A stretch of DNA of 24,000 nt from Nitrososphaerota archaeon (GTDB lineage Archaea; Thermoproteota; Nitrososphaeria_A; Caldarchaeales; Caldarchaeaceae), in the NCBI GenBank assembly GCA_041641305.1, contig JBEPYN010000002.1, forward strand, positions 543,509-567,508, written 5' to 3'. The first letter of the stretch is position 1. Each line of letters begins with the position of its first letter. The notes under the pieces are model-generated. The model ran no database searches, had not been told where the DNA came from, and saw only the letters and a program-made list of their open reading frames with translations. This document shows positions 7,522-15,242 of this stretch, one piece after another. Both the position numbers and the translations under genes were made by a program.

Positions 7522-9399
7522 ATGGGGGTTATCGTCTGCGTCGGTAGAAAAGGTAATGTAAAGAAATCTATTATCGATGGAGTTCATTTGAGTGATTTAA
7601 GGATTGCTGATGAAGCGCTAGTTAGAGAATTAAGTAGCAAGCATCCAGACGGGTTTGTCCGGATGTGGGGGTTCAAGGAGAAAGTGCGTTATCTTTGGAG
7701 ACGCGCCCGTTTGAGCAAATATGCCCTATTTACTTATCACCCCCGGCAAGCATTGTATGCAGGTAAAATATCCCTTGTTTATCCTTTTAATGAAGACGAT
7801 GAAAAACAGCTAGAAGTCAGTACCATAATATCCACCGATGTTTGGGGGAGAGACCTTGATGGACAGACTTGGAAGTATCTCGTATTTCTTAGTGATGTGA
7901 GAGAGGTTTTACTGGGTGTAGAGACTTTGAATGATTTGACGGGGTATAAGCTACATGTCTTTCGAAACTCTTTTTACATTACCGACAACAAAGCTATGAG
8001 ACTTGAACAGTTTCTAAATCGCTACTTAGAGGAATCCGTCGAACCTTCTCGTAAAATTACGCCTTTTCAGTTAGCGCGGGAGCGACTTCGCTCACTGTTT
8101 GGAATAATGACTCCCAAGTCAGAAGACTCCTCGTTTTTACCGTCTTCAGCCACGCCATATGAGCGGATGAGAAATTTACGAATCCCTGCTAAAGAGGAAT
8201 CGATAGGCACACCGTCCCGAATGATTCGAGACATCGCCGACGCAGAGACATTAAGTGAGGACGCGGAGGTTAAGAGATTAGATGAAGAGTTCATCAACTA
8301 TTTGGATTCGTTGCTAGTGGACCGACTCGAGGAAACAATAAAATTCGGGAAATGGTTATCCGTGTCAACCCTAACTCAATACTATTTTGATTTGTTCGGG
8401 CCAGAAATATTTTTCGATCACATGCTTGCTATTAGTCAGCAATATTCAATATGCGAAACAGAAATTGTGAGCGAGGAGGGCTCATCTAAAATGACAACCG
8501 GTTTTAATTTGGCACTTTTCGGTGAGCCTGGAACTGGAAAGTCATTTACCTCTAGAGACATGATTCTCGGTAGTGAAGATAAAGGCATACCACCCCACGG
8601 AATCCCGGGCCGTAACAGATACTGTGGAGGCATGACTCCCGCAAAGTTCATAGAGGTCGGTCAAGCATATGAAAACAAAAAATTCAATTTCATAGTAACA
8701 GAGTTTAACGACTGGTTCAAATACAGGGGAATGGTGGAGCCGCTTAAGTTAGCCATGGAAAGGGGTTCTATACGGTATGAGACTAAGAGATATACTGTTG
8801 GTCCGTACCGCTTCACCTCCTTCTTTAGCGTGAATTATAATACGCGAGTTTATGACAAAGGATACGGAGTCACTGTGTCGGACCCGAATTTTAACGCTAT
8901 AGAAGACAGGATGTTATGCAGGTTACATAGATTGACCAAAGCAAAATATCAAGAATTGGCAAAAAGTCAGCGAGAAATGATGTTGGGCAAAATGCAATCT
9001 AAGATGAAAATGTTTGCGCCCCGGCTTAGAGATCATTTGACGTTATGTTACGCTATTCAGACACGGAATACTAAAGTAAATAAAACCTTCTCGGAAAAGA
9101 GGGTCTTGCTGACTAAAAACTTGTTTGATATGCTTGATAAGGCCAGAGATTTAGTTTTGGAAAACCTGAGAACAGGAATAGTCCCTTTCTCGGCGAGGCT
9201 AGAAAGCAGAGCTGTTCAATTGGCTTCTGCCATGTCGCTGATGAACTATTTTAATAGGGAGCACTATATTATATCGGTAGATAATATTGCTGCTAAAATG
9301 GCGACTAGATTTTTTGTAGAAGAAGCATGGATCAGGTCAGGCGAGACATTTCCGATCCGTGAAGTCATCAGAAAACTTGACCTAGAATTTATAGACTAA
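7522..9399 (+). CDS. Putative N-terminal EVE/PUA-like domain fused to a divergent MCM-like AAA+ ATPase
   Basis: 625 aa. Walker A GEPGTGKS (8521-8544). FNFIVTEFNDW sits at the Walker B position, followed by VEPLKLAMERGSI (like MCM 'HEAMEQ..ISI'), FFSVNYN (sensor-1-like) and AIEDRMLCRLHRL (like MCM 'LLSRFD'). N-terminal YALFTYHPRQALYAGKISLVYPF...WGRDLDGQTWKYLVFLSDVREV resembles EVE/PUA-like domains. Confidence 0.65.
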   Translation: MGVIVCVGRKGNVKKSIIDGVHLSDLRIADEALVRELSSKHPDGFVRMWGFKEKVRYLWRRARLSKYALFTYHPRQALYAGKISLVYPFNEDDEKQLEVSTIISTDVWGRDLDGQTWKYLVFLSDVREVLLGVETLNDLTGYKLHVFRNSFYITDNKAMRLEQFLNRYLEESVEPSRKITPFQLARERLRSLFGIMTPKSEDSSFLPSSATPYERMRNLRIPAKEESIGTPSRMIRDIADAETLSEDAEVKRLDEEFINYLDSLLVDRLEETIKFGKWLSVSTLTQYYFDLFGPEIFFDHMLAISQQYSICETEIVSEEGSSKMTTGFNLALFGEPGTGKSFTSRDMILGSEDKGIPPHGIPGRNRYCGGMTPAKFIEVGQAYENKKFNFIVTEFNDWFKYRGMVEPLKLAMERGSIRYETKRYTVGPYRFTSFFSVNYNTRVYDKGYGVTVSDPNFNAIEDRMLCRLHRLTKAKYQELAKSQREMMLGKMQSKMKMFAPRLRDHLTLCYAIQTRNTKVNKTFSEKRVLLTKNLFDMLDKARDLVLENLRTGIVPFSARLESRAVQLASAMSLMNYFNREHYIISVDNIAAKMATRFFVEEAWIRSGETFPIREVIRKLDLEFID

Positions 9400-9641
9400 G
9401 AGACAAAGATAAAAGCTCCGGCTGGAAAACGGTCGAAGGACCCGAGAACCGGAAAACCATTCAAGACCAAGAAACGACTAAACCATGAGCAAGAAGTCTA
9501 ACGGTTTTTTATGAAAGTTGAGTTCACAATAGAAACGAAACCACAGCCTCTCGAAGACATGACGCCGCCGCAAGCCAACACTTTCTCCATTCTTCCTTAG
9601 TCGTACAGAACCTCTAGGCTCTATCACAAAGTAATTAAATG

Positions 9642-9736
9642 TGCCCCGGGGCGGACTTGAACCGCCGACATCCCGGTCTTCAGCCGGGCGATAGAGGAAA
9701 CTTTTGTTTCTCTCTCCCAGTCTGAGCTACCGGGGC
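9642..9736 (-). tRNA. tRNA-Phe (GAA) with a ~21-nt intron in the D-arm (noncanonical position)
   Basis: Minus strand: GCCCCGG-TA-GCTC-AGACTGGGA-GAG-[AGAAACAAAAGTTTCCTCTAT]-C-G-CCCGG-CTGAAGA-CCGGG-ATGTC-GGCGG-TTCAAGT-CCGCC-CCGGGGC-A. Removing about 21 nt (9691-9711) restores a perfect 74-nt cloverleaf. Anticodon GAA is at 9679-9681. Confidence 0.93.
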
Positions 9737-9810
9737 GCGGTATGAGTTTTTCATGGCTTGATTTAAGGTGTTTGCTGTTTTGTGTTTTTATGTAGGTTGT
9801 TTGGTTTAGG

Positions 9811-10350
9811 GTGGGGTTGGTGTCTAAGCAGCCTGTGGCGGCGGGGAGGTTTGTTAAAGGCTATGTTTCGGGTTTTGTGGCTAGGGTTGTTTCCGATGGT
9901 ATTGTTTACTTCTTTACTTTGTCTACGCTTGAGGGTGAGGATGTGGTTTTCAGGATGCGGCAGCCCCCTGAATGGGTGTATACAGGCACGCCGGTGGAGG
10001 GGCTGTTGGTGAAGGCTGACGACGTTTACCAGATTCAGGACCTTTCTCAAGCGGCTGAGCTCGCTCAGCCACGTGTCGTCGAGGTCGACCGATGCGATGT
10101 AACCTACGTAGGCACGGGCTCTGCGAAGAAACCTGTTGTCACTGGGTCAGCGGGTAGGATGGTGATTTCCGCGCCGGCGATAAGCATGGGTGTGGCGAGA
10201 AAAGCTGAGAAAATAGGATACACAAAATGTGTGTTGCATGTGGCTGACTTGGCGACGGGGGCGAGAATAGTGGCGGTCCAAACACCTCAAGAACACAGAC
10301 GAGACACCTCCATGAAGAAAGTGATAACTATGCTGAGTCATGGCGATTAG
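9811..10350 (+). CDS. Hypothetical protein, gene neighbour of topoisomerase IA
   Basis: 179-aa ORF directly upstream of and in the same orientation as the topoisomerase gene (3-bp gap); no family recognised. The start may be slightly different. Confidence 0.6.
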   Translation: MGLVSKQPVAAGRFVKGYVSGFVARVVSDGIVYFFTLSTLEGEDVVFRMRQPPEWVYTGTPVEGLLVKADDVYQIQDLSQAAELAQPRVVEVDRCDVTYVGTGSAKKPVVTGSAGRMVISAPAISMGVARKAEKIGYTKCVLHVADLATGARIVAVQTPQEHRRDTSMKKVITMLSHGD

Positions 10351-10353
10351 TAG

Positions 10354-12156
10354 ATGACTTTGGACAAAGGTGCGATGGGTGGAGAGAAGCTGATTATAGT
10401 GGCCGAGAAGGCCAGCGTTGCTAGGGCGATAAAGGCGGTGGTCGCCGCAGCCAAGGCCAACGCCGTGGTCTCATCCGTTAGAGGCCACATGATGGAGGCT
10501 GATCTGCCGGATGGCTACGAATGGGGTGCAAAGCATCCTCTAGAGATTATCAAGCTGAGGAAAGTTGTTGACAAAATTTCGGACAACCGTGTGTTTGAGC
10601 AGCTGGTCAAAGTTTTCAGCGGGGGAGGCTTGCTCGTTATAGCGACGGACAACGACTCCGAGGGAGAGCTCATCGGCTATGAAATTCTACAGGTTTACCG
10701 CCGTGTCAGGGGCGGCGAACCCGTTGTCTTCAGGATGCGTTTTAACTCTGTTGACCGCCGTGAGCTCTTCGCAAGCTTACGGAACCTCGAGAAAGGGCTT
10801 AACATGCGCTGGGTTGAGAAGGCGCGTTTCCGCCAAATCTTCGACTTGGTCACAGGAGCCGCATTCACGCGGTTGCTTACGCTGTCTACTCGAAGGCTTG
10901 CACCTGTCAGGGTGATTAGCTGGGGCTCATGCCAAACACCAACTCTAAACTTCGTCGTCGAAAGAGAGAAAGAAATACAGCGGTTCAAACCGCAAAAATA
11001 CTGGGTTCTAGAAGCCACTCTGAGAACTGCAGGCGGAGAAGAGTTCAAGGCTGCGACGCAGCAGATATGGAGCAGGGAGAAGGCGGAGCAGGCTTTTGAG
11101 AAGGCTCGGAAAGCTGGTGAGGCTGTTGTCACAGCCTACAGCAAGGCTGAGAAAACCCTGCCAAGGCCGCTTCCGATGAGGACCGACGACGTTCTCAGGG
11201 ATTTGACGAGGATAACGGGGGTTTCGGCTAACAGGCTGCTGGCCATGATGGAGGAGCTTTACGCCGAGGGCTACATCAGCTATCCACGCACCGACACCAA
11301 CAGGTATAGACGCGGCTTCGACTTCCAAACACCTCTCAACGCCGTAACGGCCGCAGATGCCCTGCGGGACGCGAAACCAGATAAATCAGAACCCGTTCCA
11401 AGAAACGGGTCAAGAGACGATGGAGCTCATCCGCCCATTTACCCTGTGGCCACCTACCGCGGCACCGGTGTTTTAATGCAAATATGGGAATACATAGCCC
11501 GGCGCTTCTACGCCAACGCCTTCTTCGACGACGCTGTTCAGTCAACCTCAAGGGCCGAAATAGACATAGATGAGTTAACATTTTCAGCCGAGGGCTCGAC
11601 GACCACAAAACAAGGTTACCTACAGGTCTTCACATATTTCCGGCCCCGCGATAAGCCACTTCCGGAGCTCATGGTGGGTGAAAAGCTTCGGATAATCGAC
11701 GTGGCTATTCGGGAGGATGAGACAAAGCCTCCGCCACGCCTGACCGAGGCCGACCTCCTGAAACTGATGGAGAAAAACGGTATAGGAACCGATGCAACAC
11801 GCGCATCCTTCCCTCAGCTGATAACTGAGCGCAACTACGCCGTGAGGGTTGGCAGGGTTTTCAAGCCGACGCCTCTGGGAATGGCGTTGATCGAGGCTTT
11901 AGCCGAGGCAGATACACGGCTTGTAACACCTGAGACGAGGCGGCTTGTCGAAGACTATATGGCGAAAATCGAGCGCGGGGAAACAGGGTTTGAAGAAAGC
12001 CTTGAGCAAAGCCTCCGACTCTACGAGGAGCTTCTCAAGAGATGCAGCGATAAAATAGATGAGATCAGCAGTAGCCTCGCCCAACACATCAAACCCATGG
12101 CTCGAAAGAAAGCGGCTAAAAAGAAACATGATGGATTCACAAACCTTAATAAATAA
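10354..12156 (+). CDS. Type IA DNA topoisomerase (Topo I/III type)
   Basis: 600 aa. Toprim KLIIVAEKASVARAI and LLVIATDNDSEGELIGYEI, FRMRFNSVDRRELFASL, SWGSCQTPTLNFVVEREKEIQRF, catalytic-Tyr motif LYAEGYISYPRTDTNRY, GIGTDATRASFPQLITERNYAV. Actual start may be the internal ATG before GGEKL. Confidence 0.93.
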   Translation: MTLDKGAMGGEKLIIVAEKASVARAIKAVVAAAKANAVVSSVRGHMMEADLPDGYEWGAKHPLEIIKLRKVVDKISDNRVFEQLVKVFSGGGLLVIATDNDSEGELIGYEILQVYRRVRGGEPVVFRMRFNSVDRRELFASLRNLEKGLNMRWVEKARFRQIFDLVTGAAFTRLLTLSTRRLAPVRVISWGSCQTPTLNFVVEREKEIQRFKPQKYWVLEATLRTAGGEEFKAATQQIWSREKAEQAFEKARKAGEAVVTAYSKAEKTLPRPLPMRTDDVLRDLTRITGVSANRLLAMMEELYAEGYISYPRTDTNRYRRGFDFQTPLNAVTAADALRDAKPDKSEPVPRNGSRDDGAHPPIYPVATYRGTGVLMQIWEYIARRFYANAFFDDAVQSTSRAEIDIDELTFSAEGSTTTKQGYLQVFTYFRPRDKPLPELMVGEKLRIIDVAIREDETKPPPRLTEADLLKLMEKNGIGTDATRASFPQLITERNYAVRVGRVFKPTPLGMALIEALAEADTRLVTPETRRLVEDYMAKIERGETGFEESLEQSLRLYEELLKRCSDKIDEISSSLAQHIKPMARKKAAKKKHDGFTNLNK

Positions 12157-12179
12157 ATAATGTTGAGACGTGCTGAGAG

Positions 12180-13328
12180 ATGGTTGTGCTGTTTGCCGCG
12201 TTTCTGAACCCGTCGTCAGGTGGAGACAATATCCTATCCCTATTGCTGTCGCTTGTATGGTTTGCTTTTTTGATGATTTTCTTCCTTTATCCATCGTTTG
12301 GTCAGCGTATGCAGCTCTCTTACATGCTTCGAGACCTTGAGAGGAAGTTGAACAAGCTCAAGCTCATCAAGGACGAGATTAACCAGATAACTGTTGAGAC
12401 AATTAAGCGGGTTGGTAAGCCTGAGAAAGACCCCGCGCCCGACATAAACAGGCTGAGCGAGTTCTTCGTAATCCAGCCCGAATCAATGGACCCCTATGGC
12501 TTGGTCTACAAACTGGAGCATATTCTCGAGACAGGGGAATCGGTGTATGAGGAGGAGGTGGCTAAGCTGGCGCCCCATGCGACAGAGCATCAGGTCAAGT
12601 CTTTGACAAACCTTGTAGAAGTTCTCCGCGGGATCAACACAATATACCGCGTCGTCCGCCACTACTACCTGCTGGGTAAAAAGACCGCCAACATCTACAT
12701 GGTTCTACAGATACAGATGATTCTGCCGCAGATAATAGAGATAGCCGAGTCCTATAGGCAGGCGGCTGTCGCCTTCAGCAAGGGGCAGCCGATAGGCGAC
12801 GGTGTTGGCCCGCTTGTTGCCGCGAAGCTTGTGGATGGTTCGGAGAAAGATAGGTATGAGATTGCTAAGGACACGGTTGTTCAGGAGATTGAGCTGGATA
12901 ACAGGAGGGTCTATGTTGTCAGGGCCATTGGGCCGGGTGGAACGGTGGGAAGACCCGGGGAAGGCGTCAAACAGCTTGTTGAGAGGCTCGGTGAAAACCC
13001 GAAGCTCATTATAACCATCGATGCGGCCCTCAAGCTTGAGGGGGAGGAGACGGGTAAAATCGCCGAAGGAGTGGGTGTAGCGATAGGGGGGCCTGGTGTT
13101 GACAAGTATAAGATAGAGGAGCTGGCGAAGAGCCGCGGCATTCCGCTATATGCCTTCGTCATCTTCCAATCCATCACAGAGGCCATAACACCCATGCGTG
13201 AATCCATCGCCAAAGCTGCTGACCAAGTGCTTGAGAAAGTTAAGCAGCTGATTCTGGAAAAAGTGAAGAGCGGCGAGTCCGTGATAGTCGCAGGCATCGG
13301 TAACACCATCGGGGTGGGCTTGGGATGA
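12180..13328 (+). CDS. Archaeal membrane-anchored protein, DUF1512-like
   Basis: 382 aa with an N-terminal TM segment, a charged helical region and a glycine-rich C-terminal domain (AIGPGGTVGRPGEGVKQLVERL...VAIGGPGVDKYKIEELA...VIVAGIGNTIGVG). Family assignment is from memory. Confidence 0.7.
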   Translation: MVVLFAAFLNPSSGGDNILSLLLSLVWFAFLMIFFLYPSFGQRMQLSYMLRDLERKLNKLKLIKDEINQITVETIKRVGKPEKDPAPDINRLSEFFVIQPESMDPYGLVYKLEHILETGESVYEEEVAKLAPHATEHQVKSLTNLVEVLRGINTIYRVVRHYYLLGKKTANIYMVLQIQMILPQIIEIAESYRQAAVAFSKGQPIGDGVGPLVAAKLVDGSEKDRYEIAKDTVVQEIELDNRRVYVVRAIGPGGTVGRPGEGVKQLVERLGENPKLIITIDAALKLEGEETGKIAEGVGVAIGGPGVDKYKIEELAKSRGIPLYAFVIFQSITEAITPMRESIAKAADQVLEKVKQLILEKVKSGESVIVAGIGNTIGVGLG

Positions 13329-13546
13329 GCGAGCCATCAATTGTATTAGGTGGACGATCAAGAGAGAAGACACCGGAGCCTCTTACGTTCCTCAAATGCC
13401 TCAGCTGCGGTGTCGAGAACTCGAGACCATTCAGAGAAAATGACTATGTTTTGAAGATTGTTGAGGATGAGAAATGTCCCAAATGCGGCGGCACTCGAAG
13501 CAAGATTGTGAACATCTACGTGCCCGAGAAGAAGATGTCTAAGTAA
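13325..13546 (+). CDS. Small zinc-ribbon protein
   Basis: 73 aa with FLKCLSCGVENSRPF...EDEKCPKCGGTRSKIV (two CxxC pairs); 4-bp overlap with the upstream gene. Confidence 0.7.
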   Translation: MSEPSIVLGGRSREKTPEPLTFLKCLSCGVENSRPFRENDYVLKIVEDEKCPKCGGTRSKIVNIYVPEKKMSK

Positions 13547-14441
13547 TCACCGTGCAGCCGTCCTTTTCCACCAAAACAGTGTGCTCGGCCTGCGCCACCG
13601 GCTTATTCAGCCTCTCAACGAGCACAGGATAGGCCTTAACCCTGCCGGTTTTGACCAGCCTTTCATGGACGGAAATGGTTTCATGTCCCAAGTCTGTAAG
13701 CCATCGCAGGCTGTAGGGGAGGCCGTCGAACCTCTCGGATAAGGTCTTCAAGAGGTTGGACTCGGGGGTGGATGCTTGGCCGGTGAAGGGCTTGCCCAGC
13801 CTGAATATTGTCGCGTTTCTATGCTCAACTACTTCTCCGAAGCCGTCGGCGACTGTTGCGAAAGGCTCTATCGCGTATATGTGGCCTTCTTGAAGCTTGG
13901 CCCCGTCTCCTGCAGCTATGTTGGGTATTGAGACGCCTGCGTGAAGGTTGTATCGCTGAATCTCATGGCCTGTGAGGTTGCGTATAGGCTTCACACCATA
14001 ACGGGTCAAAACGTTCTGCACCGCCGCCCCGACCGCGGAGACCTTTACACCCGCGGACACAGTTTTCACAGCAGCTTTCAAAGCCTCTTCAACAGCTGTC
14101 TTCAACATTTCACCAACCGCGGTGTCGGTGACTGTTACAGCGGTGTCGGCGATGTATCCATCCAACAGTACACCGAAATCAATTTTCGCAACAAAATTTC
14201 TATGCAGAGTTGAGGTGTCGCCTGGAGGAGGAGAATAATGTGCCGCAACACCGTCTACGGAGATGTTGCATGGGAAAGCAGGCTTGCAGCCACTGTCAAA
14301 AATCATGTTCTCTATCTTCTCCGCTATCTGCAGCAGACTAACACCCGGAGAGACGATTAAGGGCACAGCTGCTCTGATGCGTCTCGCAACCTCCCCAGCT
14401 GTGAACAACGCATCCAGCCCAGACAACCCGTTACACAGCAT
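13539..14441 (-). CDS. map: Type II methionine aminopeptidase
   Basis: 300 aa; CAAPEEL-like start region AAGEVARRIRAAV-like, FPCNISVDGVAAHYSPPPGD, AKIDFGVLLDGYIADTAVTV, NLTGHEIQRYNLHAGVSIPNI, GHIYAIEPFAT and TVLVEKDGCTVIT. Metal-binding residues are in the expected order. Confidence 0.92.
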   Translation of the reverse strand: MLCNGLSGLDALFTAGEVARRIRAAVPLIVSPGVSLLQIAEKIENMIFDSGCKPAFPCNISVDGVAAHYSPPPGDTSTLHRNFVAKIDFGVLLDGYIADTAVTVTDTAVGEMLKTAVEEALKAAVKTVSAGVKVSAVGAAVQNVLTRYGVKPIRNLTGHEIQRYNLHAGVSIPNIAAGDGAKLQEGHIYAIEPFATVADGFGEVVEHRNATIFRLGKPFTGQASTPESNLLKTLSERFDGLPYSLRWLTDLGHETISVHERLVKTGRVKAYPVLVERLNKPVAQAEHTVLVEKDGCTVIT

Positions 14442-14474
14442 CCTGATCCAGGTTATTTACCCTAGCGCCAGCCG

Positions 14475-15242
14475 CTACTTTTTCTGACCCGTGCGCATTT
14501 TTTCCACAAGCTCAGATATCTTGGTGTTCAGCTCAGCCACGAGCTCGTTTCTCAGCTCAGGCTGGGCCACTAGGATAACAACCTCGAGCACAGCCTCGTT
14601 TTGTCCACGCTCCTTAACGGATACAATCGGTGGAAACCTTTGGTCAAGCTTGCCTCTGTACTTGTTGCAGAGCTTGAGTATCTCGGTCTCAGCATGTGGT
14701 ATACTCACGCCCTGTGGAATATGGACAGTCAAAGTGGCTCTCCGCGGAGCGATTGGGGAGAGGTTTAGAGATATTTCTTTGAGTAGAACGGAGTTGGGGA
14801 CGACTGCTACGGAACCTTCTTCTAGGATTAGGAGCGATGCGACTGGGTTGATTTCGACCACCTTGCCCCTGAAGCTGGAGACCTGAATTTCGTCTCCCAC
14901 GTTGATGGGTATGAAGCTTCCAATCAGATATCTCGAGGAGATGTTGCTGAGAATGTCGCGGACCGCAATAATAGCTGCCACGCCAGCCAGTCCTATGAGT
15001 AGAAAAAGAACGTCGAGGTTGAGTCCAAGCTGGTTAACGATGAACAGCAGCCCTACCAGCCAGATAAAAATCGAGACACCTCTGGTTATCTGCTCGTTCA
15101 GCAGCGGGGGTGCTCTGAACAACAGTCTGCGAAGAATCGATGAGGCTATACGCGCTACGAGAGCTGTGACAAGAAGCATGATCGCTACAATGGCCAATTG
15201 TAGAGTTATCGCTGTGAGCTCGGGAAGCTCCGCCAAAATCAT
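14475..15242 (-). CDS. MscS-family mechanosensitive ion channel
   Basis: 255 aa, N-terminal TM helices, then GLAGVAAIIAVRDILSNISSRYLIGSFIPINVGDEIQVSSFRGKVVEINPVASLLILEEGSVAVVPNSVLLKE (MscS beta domain). Confidence 0.9.
   Translation of the reverse strand: MILAELPELTAITLQLAIVAIMLLVTALVARIASSILRRLLFRAPPLLNEQITRGVSIFIWLVGLLFIVNQLGLNLDVLFLLIGLAGVAAIIAVRDILSNISSRYLIGSFIPINVGDEIQVSSFRGKVVEINPVASLLILEEGSVAVVPNSVLLKEISLNLSPIAPRRATLTVHIPQGVSIPHAETEILKLCNKYRGKLDQRFPPIVSVKERGQNEAVLEVVILVAQPELRNELVAELNTKISELVEKMRTGQKK

Noticed and set aside
7522-9399. Canonical McrB of a McrBC system
   Set aside because: The ATPase motifs fit the MCM-like pattern better than the McrB GTPase signature (MCxxPxxR / NTxD), and no McrC-like gene is adjacent.
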